Assembly (NCBI RefSeq): GCF_028368995.1
Contig: NZ_JAQNDL010000003.1
Coordinates: 672,001-736,000, forward strand
Direction of reading: 5' to 3'
Source of the DNA: Nannocystis bainbridge
GTDB lineage: Bacteria > Myxococcota_A > Polyangia > Nannocystales > Nannocystaceae
DNA: 64,000 nucleotides
Shown here: positions 11,428 through 21,794 of the stretch, piece after piece
Layout of the letters: every line of letters begins with the position of its first letter
Numbering within the stretch: the first letter of the stretch is position 1
Program-made: the position numbers and the translations under genes
The notes under the pieces: model-generated
The model's database searches: none
The model's input: only the letters and a program-made list of their open reading frames with translations
What the model was told of the DNA's origin: nothing

Positions 11428-13119
11428 TCACTTCGGTCCGACGACCTCGCCGCCGACGATCGTCGCGCGCACCGCGGCCGTGCGCAGCTCGAGCGGCGAC
11501 ATCTTCGTGATGTCGCCGGCGAAGCAGGTCAGGTCGGCCAGCATCCCCGGCGCCAGCGTGCCCGCCCACCGCTCGCGGCGGGCCGCGAACGCGGCCCCGC
11601 GGGTGAAGGCCGCCAGCGCCTCGTCCAGCGTCAGCCGCTGATCGGGCAACCACCCGCCGGGCGGCTCTCCCTGCGGGTCCTGGCGGGTGATCGCCGCGTA
11701 CAGCCCGAACGTCGGCTCGACCTCCTCGACCGGGAAGTCGGAGCCGAACGCCAGCGGCACCCCGGCCGCGAGGAAGCGGCGCCACGCGTACGCCCCCGCC
11801 AGCCGCTGCGCGCCGACCCGCTGCTCGGTCCACGCCATGTCGCTGGTCGCGTGGGTCGGCTGCATGCTGGCGATCGCCCCGAGCTCGGCGAACCGCGGGA
11901 TGTCGGCGAGGTCGACGATCTGCGCGTGCTCGACCCGCAGCCGGTGATCGGCCGGCGCCTGCGAGCCGGCCAGCGCCTCGAGCACCGCGCGGATGGCCGC
12001 GTCGCCGATCGCGTGCGCGGCCACCTGGTACCGGTGCGCCTGCGCCTGCGTCAGCACCGTCGCCAGCTGCCCCGGCGCGTGCTGGAACATGCCCGTGTGG
12101 CCCGGCCGATCGCTGTACGGCTGCAGCAGCGCCGCCCCGCGGCTGCCGAGCGCGCCGTCGACGTAGATCTTGACCCCCTGCAGGGCATAGCGATCGTCCG
12201 CGGCTGGCCGATCGGCCAGGTCGGGGAGGCCGTCGCCCAGGCGGAACCACGACTCGTCGGCGTAACCGACCATGCGCAGCTTGAGCAGGCCCTCGGCCGC
12301 CAGCTCGCGCAGCAAGCGATCGACATGGCGGGCCACGCCCATCTCGTGCACGCCGACCAGCCCGCGGGCCAGCGCGTAGTCCTGGGCCAGCAGCAGCCGC
12401 CGCCGCAGCTCCGGCTCCGGGGGCGCCGGCGTCGGCATCAGGTCCATCGCCGCGTCGATGAGCACCCCCGTCGGCTCGCGCCCTGACGGCCCGTCGCGCA
12501 GCAGCACCTCGCCCCCGGTCGGCACCTCCGTCGCCGCCGTGATCCCGGCCGCGCGCAGCGCCGCCGCGTTGGCCCAGCCGGCGTGACCGTCGACGCGGCG
12601 CAGCCACACCGGCCGCTCGGGGAACGCGGCCGTCAGCGGATCGTGGCCCGGCATGGCCGCGCCCTGCCAGAGGTTCTGGTCCCAGCCGCGGCCGGTGATC
12701 CAGCCGTCGGGCGGGGCGTCGCGGCGCACGCGTTCGACCACCTCGGCGATCGACCGCGCCCCGCGGAGATCGACCTCGACCAGCGCCGAGCCGAGCCCCA
12801 CCAAATGGGCGTGCGCGTCGGTGAGCCCCGGCACCGCGCTGCCGCCGGCCAGATCGATGACCTGTCCCCGGGGACAGTCGCGGGCCAGCGACTCGGCCGC
12901 GGCCCCGCGCGCGACCACTCGCCCGTCCGCCGCCGCGACCGCGCGCGTGATCGGCTCCCGCGGATCGCCGGTCCAGATCGTGCCGCCGCGGACGACCAGC
13001 AATCCCTTTCCCTGGTCCGGAGGACAGGTCGCACCGGAGCTGCGCCCGCCCGCACGGCACGCGATCAGCGCGGATGCCCCCGCGAGCCAGCTCCGGCGGC
13101 TCAGAAACCGGGCGCGCAC
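11428..13119 (-). CDS. Amidohydrolase_3 (YtcJ-like) metal-dependent hydrolase, Tat-type lipoprotein
   Basis: PGLTDAHAH, RVDGHAGWAN, KIYVDGALGSRGA, HAIGD, RVEHAQ, SMQPTH, GSDFPVE; GTG start 13119 with GGAGG RBS and SRRSWL..LIAC signal. Confidence 0.93.
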   Translation of the reverse strand: MRARFLSRRSWLAGASALIACRAGGRSSGATCPPDQGKGLLVVRGGTIWTGDPREPITRAVAAADGRVVARGAAAESLARDCPRGQVIDLAGGSAVPGLTDAHAHLVGLGSALVEVDLRGARSIAEVVERVRRDAPPDGWITGRGWDQNLWQGAAMPGHDPLTAAFPERPVWLRRVDGHAGWANAAALRAAGITAATEVPTGGEVLLRDGPSGREPTGVLIDAAMDLMPTPAPPEPELRRRLLLAQDYALARGLVGVHEMGVARHVDRLLRELAAEGLLKLRMVGYADESWFRLGDGLPDLADRPAADDRYALQGVKIYVDGALGSRGAALLQPYSDRPGHTGMFQHAPGQLATVLTQAQAHRYQVAAHAIGDAAIRAVLEALAGSQAPADHRLRVEHAQIVDLADIPRFAELGAIASMQPTHATSDMAWTEQRVGAQRLAGAYAWRRFLAAGVPLAFGSDFPVEEVEPTFGLYAAITRQDPQGEPPGGWLPDQRLTLDEALAAFTRGAAFAARRERWAGTLAPGMLADLTCFAGDITKMSPLELRTAAVRATIVGGEVVGPK

Positions 13120-13218
13120 GTCGCCCTCCGTCGCTGTGGTCCAGTTCGGTTGCGCTGCATGCGAGGCGCAGCATAACCACCGCGGCCGCGCCGGACCACC
13201 GGCGCCAAGGAGACCGCG

Positions 13219-13536
13219 ATGACCTCCCTCAAAGACACCCTTGAAAACAGCATGCAGGAGCTCCGGACGCTGCGCGACGAGATCCGCGTCCGCCTCAACC
13301 TCGCCGGCAAGGAGGCCCGCGACCGCTGGGAGCAGCAGCTCGAGCCCCACGTCGAGAAGCTCGAGCAGCAGATCCGCAGCGCCACCGACTCCACGATCGA
13401 GTCGATCCGCGACGCCATCGAGCGCGCCCGCACCTCCTTCCACGAGTACCGGGCCCAGCTGACCCAGGGCAGCGCCGGCGGCGTCACCGGCGGCGGCGAG
13501 GAGCCCGACTTCTCCCGCGTCGACCCCAAGTCGTGA
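13219..13536 (+). CDS. Small helical hypothetical protein
   Basis: 105 aa, AAGGAG RBS, LRDEIRVRLNLAGKEARDRWE coiled-coil-like motif. Confidence 0.8.
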   Translation: MTSLKDTLENSMQELRTLRDEIRVRLNLAGKEARDRWEQQLEPHVEKLEQQIRSATDSTIESIRDAIERARTSFHEYRAQLTQGSAGGVTGGGEEPDFSRVDPKS

Positions 13537-13562
13537 CGCCGCGCGCCGCGCCGGCGCGCTGA

Positions 13563-13690
13563 GAGGCAGGTCCTGCCGGACGTGCCCGCTCGAGCCCCCG
13601 GCCCGGTACCGGCGCCGACAGAGGGCATGTCCTCGCGGACATGCCCTCTCATTCATGGCTTCAAGCACATGGCGCGAAGGACATGTCCCT
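13563..13690. repeat. 14-bp-period decamer array (5 units plus a pair)
   Basis: gggcatgtcc-tcgc-ggacatgccc-tctc-attcatggct-tcaa-gcacatggcg-cgaa-ggacatgtcc. Confidence 0.85.
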
Positions 13691-13724
13691 CGCGCCACGC
13701 AACTCACCTCACGTCACAGCTCGA

Positions 13725-14693
13725 TTACAGGTGCGGCTCGCCGTGCAGGTCGTCGAGGCCGAACAGCGCCTCCTCGAGCCCGAGGTCGAGCGCCTCCCAC
13801 GCGACGCCGGCGTCGTGCGAGCGGAGCACCACCCCGTGGTCGCCGACCGCCTGGCCCTGACCGTCGATCGCCAGGTGCAGCGCCCTCAGCGCGAGGCCCG
13901 GCTCGAGCAGCTCCTGGGCGCTGTCGCCGAGATTATCGTCGAGGCGGAGCACCACGCCCGCCGCGCCGACCGCGACCACCAGGTCGGCGGTGCGGGAGAT
14001 CCGTACCGCGTGCAGGTCGCGGCGCGTGGGCGTCGGCAGGCTCGACCAATGGGCCCCGCCGTCGTCCGAGCGCACGACCAGGCCGCCGGCGCCGACGGCC
14101 ACCATGCTCTCGCCGTCCGGCGTCACCGCGATGCCCGACAGCGGGCCCTCCGAGGTCGTGAACACCGGCTTCAGCACCTCGCCGTCGAGCTGCCAGATCT
14201 GCCCGCTCGCCGTCGTCAGCCACGCGTACGTCCCCTTGGCCGTCGTCGTCACCGAAGTGAAGTCGGCCTCCGCGTCGGGCACCGCGCGGAAGCTGTGGCC
14301 GTCGTCGTCGGAGCGCAGCACGATGCCGTCGCCGGCGATGTACGCCGGGGTCGTGCCCGACAGGATCACCGCCCGCAGCGGCGCGCGCGTGCCGACGTCG
14401 ATCGTCTTCCAGGTCTCGCCGCTGTCGTCGGTGCGCAGCACCACCCCGTCGTCGCCGACGGCCACGCCGGTCGCCTCGCCCTTGCAAGCGATCGCCCGCA
14501 GGTCGCCCTCGACCTCGAGCGGGTAGTACCAGACGTCGCCCTCGGGGTTGAGGCGGACCATCGTCGCGTCCTCGCCGACCGCCCACGCGCCGGAGCCGCC
14601 GGAGGTCGAGGTGTTCTTCTTGTCGTCGTCGTTACAGCCGACGAGCGGCGCCATCAGCACGAGGAGGATCGGGGTGAGCGCTCGGAGCTTCAT
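13725..14693 (-). CDS. YCF48/BNR-repeat beta-propeller lipoprotein
   Basis: Lipobox LVGC; repeats of AVG..G.V.R[ST]DD.G..W. Confidence 0.88.
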   Translation of the reverse strand: MKLRALTPILLVLMAPLVGCNDDDKKNTSTSGGSGAWAVGEDATMVRLNPEGDVWYYPLEVEGDLRAIACKGEATGVAVGDDGVVLRTDDSGETWKTIDVGTRAPLRAVILSGTTPAYIAGDGIVLRSDDDGHSFRAVPDAEADFTSVTTTAKGTYAWLTTASGQIWQLDGEVLKPVFTTSEGPLSGIAVTPDGESMVAVGAGGLVVRSDDGGAHWSSLPTPTRRDLHAVRISRTADLVVAVGAAGVVLRLDDNLGDSAQELLEPGLALRALHLAIDGQGQAVGDHGVVLRSHDAGVAWEALDLGLEEALFGLDDLHGEPHL

Positions 14694-14951
14694 GCTCCGA
14701 CGCTAACCGCCGCCCGACGGCCTCACAAGCAAAAATGCGCGGATTCGCCAGGCCCCGCAGGTGTCCCGCCCGGCCCCCACGCCCCGCAAACTCCGTTCTC
14801 TGGCCCGCTCGGGGCCACTTCAGGAGCATGACCATTCAGACATGTCTGTTCGGACATGCAGATGCGGCGCGGCGGAGGCGAACCCAGCGAACCCAGGCGT
14901 GACCCGTCGGCGAGAGTGATGCACGGCTCGCCGTCGCCGCGCGCGCGCGGC

Positions 14952-15512
14952 TCACTGACACACGGGGCCAGGGCCGTCGGCGATGGTGATGCACTTCTTG
15001 CCGTCGCCGCACTTGCCGTGCGGGCAGGGGATCCCACAAGTCTGAAACTTGGGGCCGCGCGGGCCGGCGACCCCGTAGTACTCGATGCAGGTCTCACCGG
15101 CGCCGCAGGTGATGTCGCCGCAGCGCGGACCGGCCTCTTCGGCGGGGCTCGGCGGGGCGCTGGCGGCCGCGAGGGTGACGCTGCCGTCGGACCACCACGC
15201 GCACTCGCGGGCCACGCAGCCACACTTCGCGCCGGCGGGGATCTGCACCTCGAGCGCGTCGCAGGTGCCCGGCGACGACTCACCCGCCGCACACACCTCG
15301 TCCGAGCAGCCGCCGCGATGACACGCCGCGTCGTCGCTGCAGTCGTTCTCGAGACCTGTCCCTTCGAACCTGGCGTAAAGGGCATGGTCCTTGGGCACCA
15401 GCAGGACCCGCGCGGGCTCGCTCTCGGCCGGCTGCGGCGACTCCGAGCCCTTGCAGGCGGGGGTGGCCACGAGGGCCGCGAGAGCGACGACGACGAGCGC
15501 GCGGAAGAGCAT
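14952..15512 (-). CDS. Cys-rich lipoprotein with an eight-cysteine-cluster-like domain
   Basis: Signal MLFRALVVVALAALVATPAC; CSDDAACHRGGCSDEVC...TC...CGCVARECAW, plus a second Cys-rich module. Confidence 0.75.
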   Translation of the reverse strand: MLFRALVVVALAALVATPACKGSESPQPAESEPARVLLVPKDHALYARFEGTGLENDCSDDAACHRGGCSDEVCAAGESSPGTCDALEVQIPAGAKCGCVARECAWWSDGSVTLAAASAPPSPAEEAGPRCGDITCGAGETCIEYYGVAGPRGPKFQTCGIPCPHGKCGDGKKCITIADGPGPVCQ

Positions 15513-15546
15513 CGGGCGGGAGCTTAGCACTCCGGCCCGGTCACGA

Positions 15547-17874
15547 TCACAGCGGCTCGCAGAAGCGGGCCAAGATCGTCTTCACGCCGACGCCCGGGAA
15601 GTTGATGGCGAGCTTGACGTTGCTGCCGGTGCCGTCCCAGCCGACCAGCGTGCCCTCGCCGTACTGGCGGTGGCGCACCGCCATGCCCTTGTAGAGCGCC
15701 GGCGCGTCGCCCCCGACCGCGGCCGGCCCCCGCCGCGCGGGCGCGGCCACGCCCTCGTCGTAGACGATGTCGCTGTTCCACGACGACTCGCGCACGGGCG
15801 CCGGCGCTCGCGGCGGCGCGCTCGGCAGCGACAACCCCTGCGGCACCGCCATCGCCTCGCGCCGGACCACCCCGGGCACCCGCCCGCGCACCGAGTCCGG
15901 CGGCAGGTCGCGCACGAACCGCGACGGCGTGCCGATGAACTCCTGGTTGTAGAGCCGCCGCCGCTTGGCCCACGTGATCACCAGCTGCCGCTTGGCCCGC
16001 GTGACCGCGACGTAGGCGAGCCGCCGCTCCTCCTCGATCTGCGCCCGCTCCTCGGGGCGCAGCCGCCGGCCCTCCTCGCGCGCCGCGTCCTCGCCCGCGA
16101 TCACGCGCGAGTGCGGGAACACCTTCTCCTCCATGCCGGTGAGGATGACCTTCTCGAACTCGAGCCCCTTGGCGCTGTGGATCGTCATCAGCCGCACGGC
16201 CCGGACCTCGCCGCGTCCGCCGCCGTCGGCGTCGGCGACCAGGCTGACCTGCTCGAGGTAGTCGGCCAGGGTCTGGTCCGGGTGCTCCTGCACGAAATCA
16301 GTCAGCGCGCCGACGAACTCGTCGAGGTTCTCGACCCGCGCCTCCGCCTCGTCGCTGCCCTCGTGGACCAGAGCGTCGCGATAACCTGTCCTTTCGAGCA
16401 CCTCGGTCGCGAGCTGACCGAGCGGCACCCCGGCGTGCAGACGCGCGGCGAGCTCGTCGATCATGGCGACGAACGCGTGCAGGCGCTTGGCCGCCGCGCC
16501 GCTGACCCCGGCCTCCTCGGGCGCGCGCGCGATCGTCAGCAGCGAGACGTTGCGGTTGGCCGCGAGCGCGGTGAGGCGGCCGACGGTGGTGTCGCCGATC
16601 CCGCGGGCCGGCTCGTTGACGATGCGGGTGAAGTCGAGGTCGCTGTTGGGGTTCTGCAGCAGGCGCAGATAAGCCAGCGTGTCCTTGATCTCCTTGCGCT
16701 CGAAGAACCCGAGCCCGCCGAAGATCGCGTAGCGCATGCCGCGGTCGGTCAGCTGCTGCTCGATCACCCGCGACTGCGCGTGCGTGCGGTAGAAGACCGC
16801 GATCTCCTCCGCCGGGATGTCTTCGTTGAGCGCGTCGAGGATCTCGTTGACGACGAAGCGGGCCTCCTCGCGCTCGTCCTCGCAGGCGCGCAGCGTCACC
16901 AGCGAGCCGTCGCCGAGCTCGCTCCACAGCGTCTTGCCGAGCCGGCCCTCGTTGCGGCGGATGATCGCGTCGGCGCAGCGCAGGATGTGGCCGGTGCTGC
17001 GGTAGTTCTGCTCGAGGCGGATCAGCTCGCAGCCGGGTCGCTGATCGGGGAAGCCGAGGATCTGCGACACGTCGGCGCCGCGCCAGCCGTAGATCGCCTG
17101 GTCGTCGTCACCGACCACGCACAGCTGGGCCCGGCCCGACAGCAGCTCGACCAGCCGCGCCTGGACCGGGTTGGTGTCCTGATACTCGTCGACGACGACG
17201 TGGAGGAACCGCCGCTTGAGCCCGATCACCGGGTCGACGTCGACCAACTGCGCGCCCGGCCGCGGCTGCTCCGTCCCGGCCTTTTCCAGCAGCTTGACCG
17301 CCAGCACCAGCAGGTCGCCGAAGTCGGCCGCGTCGGCGGCCCGCAGCAGCTCTTCGTAGCGGCGCCCGAGCAGCGCGACCAGCCGCGTCATGAAGCCCTC
17401 GAGCCCGAGCTGCTCGACCTGCGAGATCGTGAGCCCGCGGTTCTTGAGCTGATCGAGGTGGCCGAGGATCGCCCGCGGCTTGACCTGGTCCTCGTCGCGG
17501 TTCAACTCCTTGAACACGCGCTTCATCAGGCGGGTCTGGTCGTCGGTGTCGTAGATGGCGAAGTTGCGCGACAGCCCGACCGACTCGCCGTGGCGGCGGA
17601 GGATCCGCGCCGAGATCGAGTGGAACGTGCCGACCCATAGCTGCGACACGTCGACCTTGCCCTCGCACATCTTCTCCATGCGCGCGCGCATCTCGGCGGC
17701 GGCCTTGTTGGTGAAGGTGACGGCGAGGATCCGCCACGGCGGCACGCCCTCGTCCATGAGCGCGGCGACGCGGTGGGTGATGACGCGGGTCTTGCCGGTG
17801 CCTGCGCCGGCGAGCACGAGGAGCGGCGAGCCGCGGTGCTCGACCGCCGCCTGCTGGGCCGGGTTCAACTGCAC
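15547..17874 (-). CDS. uvrD: UvrD/PcrA/Rep SF1A DNA helicase
   Basis: LAGAGTGKT, VTFTNKAA, TFHS, VDEYQDTN, VGDDDQAIYGWRGA, LEQNYRS, TIHSAKGLEF, EEERRLAYVAVTRA; C-terminal Tudor-like tail. Confidence 0.96.
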   Translation of the reverse strand: MQLNPAQQAAVEHRGSPLLVLAGAGTGKTRVITHRVAALMDEGVPPWRILAVTFTNKAAAEMRARMEKMCEGKVDVSQLWVGTFHSISARILRRHGESVGLSRNFAIYDTDDQTRLMKRVFKELNRDEDQVKPRAILGHLDQLKNRGLTISQVEQLGLEGFMTRLVALLGRRYEELLRAADAADFGDLLVLAVKLLEKAGTEQPRPGAQLVDVDPVIGLKRRFLHVVVDEYQDTNPVQARLVELLSGRAQLCVVGDDDQAIYGWRGADVSQILGFPDQRPGCELIRLEQNYRSTGHILRCADAIIRRNEGRLGKTLWSELGDGSLVTLRACEDEREEARFVVNEILDALNEDIPAEEIAVFYRTHAQSRVIEQQLTDRGMRYAIFGGLGFFERKEIKDTLAYLRLLQNPNSDLDFTRIVNEPARGIGDTTVGRLTALAANRNVSLLTIARAPEEAGVSGAAAKRLHAFVAMIDELAARLHAGVPLGQLATEVLERTGYRDALVHEGSDEAEARVENLDEFVGALTDFVQEHPDQTLADYLEQVSLVADADGGGRGEVRAVRLMTIHSAKGLEFEKVILTGMEEKVFPHSRVIAGEDAAREEGRRLRPEERAQIEEERRLAYVAVTRAKRQLVITWAKRRRLYNQEFIGTPSRFVRDLPPDSVRGRVPGVVRREAMAVPQGLSLPSAPPRAPAPVRESSWNSDIVYDEGVAAPARRGPAAVGGDAPALYKGMAVRHRQYGEGTLVGWDGTGSNVKLAINFPGVGVKTILARFCEPL

Positions 17875-17883
17875 GGCCCGGGC

Positions 17884-18762
17884 CTATACCACGGCTTCGC
17901 GGACCGGCGCGAACGCGAACTCGACGCCACGGGCGTCGAGCTCGACCCGCACCTCGCGCCGCCGGCTGTCGCCGATGTCGCCGGGCTCGTCGACGATCCG
18001 CGCCGGACGCACCTGCTGCAGCACGACGGTGAAGCCGACCGCGGGCGCCCCGAGCGTCAAGGTCGCGGCGCGCCCGTTGCTGCGCCCGGCCTGGACCGCC
18101 TCGAGCCAGCGCGTGAACCCGAGGGCCTTGTTCTCCGCAAGCACCAGCGCGAGCCGTCCGACCGTCGGCGGCTCGACCCGACGCACGGTGTGGAGCCCGT
18201 CGTCGCCGGGCGGACGCTCGATGCGCTGGCGGATCGTGAGGCCCTCGATCCGCCGCACCTGGCTGCACGCCTCCTCGAGCCCGTCGATGTGCAGCTCGGG
18301 ATCGGTGGCCGGCAGCGGCCTGCGAGCCTCGATCGCCTCGCCGCCGAGGTGCCCGCCGTTGTAGCTGCGCCGCGAGCCGTGCAGGCTGAACTTGACGCCC
18401 AGCTTCAAGCTGTCCCGAAAGCCATATTCGTAGGAGGCCAGCGAGAGCTCGGTGACGACGCCGCCGGCGAAGCTGAGGCGGCTCATCTCGGCGGTGCCGT
18501 CGTCGGCGAGGATCACCTGGCCGCGCACCGGCGTCGGTCGGCTCGCCGTCATCGACGCCGCGACCCAGGCGTAGAGCTCGTGCGGCATGCCGGGCCAGCA
18601 GCGCAGCGTCAGCTCCTCGTAGCGGTCGATCCGGACGGGGCCCCCGAGCTCACCGGAGGTGAACGCACCCGAGACGTCGGTGAGCCACCCGCAGGGCTTG
18701 CCGTCCAACTCGAGCGCGTACTTGTTGGACGTCGGCCCGCGTTTGCTCGGCGCCGTCTTCAC
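17884..18762 (-). CDS. Putative T4 gp19-like tail-tube protein with two tandem domains (orphan)
   Basis: YALELDG..G..TDVSG...YEELTL...MPHELYAWV...GQVILAD...EMSRLSF and a second copy LHIDGL...RIEGLTI...FTRW...AATLTL...EVRVELDA. Start may be 18762 or 18795. Confidence 0.55.
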   Translation of the reverse strand: MKTAPSKRGPTSNKYALELDGKPCGWLTDVSGAFTSGELGGPVRIDRYEELTLRCWPGMPHELYAWVAASMTASRPTPVRGQVILADDGTAEMSRLSFAGGVVTELSLASYEYGFRDSLKLGVKFSLHGSRRSYNGGHLGGEAIEARRPLPATDPELHIDGLEEACSQVRRIEGLTIRQRIERPPGDDGLHTVRRVEPPTVGRLALVLAENKALGFTRWLEAVQAGRSNGRAATLTLGAPAVGFTVVLQQVRPARIVDEPGDIGDSRRREVRVELDARGVEFAFAPVREAVV

Positions 18763-18885
18763 CGAATCACCGTCCCCCGGGGCCGACCTTAGCACGGGGA
18801 CGGCGCGCGCCGCCTAGCCCCAAAACCACGAGCCGACCGGCACCGCGGATCGCGGGCCGGGCGCGGCTTCGGGCCCCGGACGCGC

Positions 18886-20382
<1,497 letters not shown>

Positions 20383-20673
20383 AGCCGGGATGACCTCTTT
20401 ACCACGGCCGCGCCGTTCTAGCGAACCGCCGCCGCGAGCGCCGCGGCCTCCAGCGGCGCGTCTCGGTCCGTCCTCGCCCCGAGCTGCCGGCCCGTCACCG
20501 GCGGCGACCCAGGTCCGCGAACGCCCCGTGCAGCGATGTGCGCCACACCCCAGCGCGCGTGCGACGTGCGACGATCTCCTGCCCCCTCGCCCCGCGCCGC
20601 GTCATCCGCACGACCTCGCCTCGCCGCCGCGAGGGACGCCCGAGCCCGCGACGATCGCCGCGGGCTCGCCTCG

Positions 20674-21660
20674 TCACGCCGCCGCGCTGCCGTAGCTGCG
20701 CATGCTGAGGCGGGCGCGGTAGCGCATCGTCTCCTGCATCCACACCAGGTTGCCGCGGACGAACGACCCCAGGTCGGCGACGTAGCCGAGCACCGCCGGC
20801 GCGCCCAGGCCCTGGTAGTCGCGCAGGCTGGCCGCCAGCGCGTCGAACGCGTCCTCCTCGGCGCTCTGCATCGCCATCGCCCGGGTCAGCGCCTCGTCGA
20901 GCCCGAGGTTCTGGTCGGCCTGCAACACGAGCACGAGGTTGTGCGGGTTCTGCTCGACCATCTCCTTCTCGAGCGAGCCGATGTCGTTGGCCCAGCAGAT
21001 CGCGTTGTTGGCCAGCAGCTCGAGCTGTTGCACCACCACGTGCTGACGGACGTCGCCGAGCGACTCGTGGCGGACCAGCTCGATGAGGGCGAACACCACC
21101 CCGGCGGCGCCGGTGAAGGGCCGCATCTTCAGGTAGATCGGCAGCGCCGGTCGGAGCTGGTGCAGCAGGTTCCGCAGCTCCCACACGTTGCTCTGGAAGT
21201 AGCGCTCGACCTCGGCGACAAACCGCGGCATGAAGCCTTGCGCGGCCCACGCTGCGGTGCGCGCGCCCAGCTCGGCCAGCATGTGGACCAGCGGCTCGTC
21301 GTCGTCGAGCGGCGGGCTGCCGCGGAGCACCGCCGACATCCGCACCTGCGCATCGTGAAGACGCTTCAGCGGATCGGGGGCGGCGGCGACGTCGTCACAC
21401 AGGGCGTCGTCGTAGAAGAACAGCCAGGTGATCCAGTCGCACACGAGGCGCAGCTCGGCCAGCGGGGCCCGGGGCAGGCCCCGCGCGGCCAAACGGGCGA
21501 ACTTCGCCGCCTGCAGCTTGCGCAGCCGGCCCGGGCTCAGCGCGACCGCGGGGAAGAAGCGCAGCACCCACGCGATCCCCTCGCGCTCCACGAGCTCCGC
21601 ATACCGGTTGATCGGAGCAGCGTGCGGTTCAAAGATCGACGTCTGAAGCAGCGAGGACAT
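20674..21660 (-). CDS. Class I terpene synthase/cyclase
   Basis: WLFFYDDALCD (DDxxxD-like), YLKMR..TGA effector region, NSE triad NDIGSLEKE, WMQETMRY. Start ATG 21660, or 21732. Confidence 0.9.
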   Translation of the reverse strand: MSSLLQTSIFEPHAAPINRYAELVEREGIAWVLRFFPAVALSPGRLRKLQAAKFARLAARGLPRAPLAELRLVCDWITWLFFYDDALCDDVAAAPDPLKRLHDAQVRMSAVLRGSPPLDDDEPLVHMLAELGARTAAWAAQGFMPRFVAEVERYFQSNVWELRNLLHQLRPALPIYLKMRPFTGAAGVVFALIELVRHESLGDVRQHVVVQQLELLANNAICWANDIGSLEKEMVEQNPHNLVLVLQADQNLGLDEALTRAMAMQSAEEDAFDALAASLRDYQGLGAPAVLGYVADLGSFVRGNLVWMQETMRYRARLSMRSYGSAAA

Positions 21661-21794
21661 CTTGGTTCCGAAGAGCAACCCCTGCGGTGATCCATCCCAA
21701 CCCATGCCAAGCTTATCCCGTGATGATGCCACTTCATGGCACGACTCGCAGCCGCTTCAACCTCACCATTCGGTGGTGATATACTTCTGCACAG

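Noticed and set aside
17884-18795. Prophage
   Set aside because: A single tube-like gene; no integrase, terminase, capsid or other phage genes nearby.
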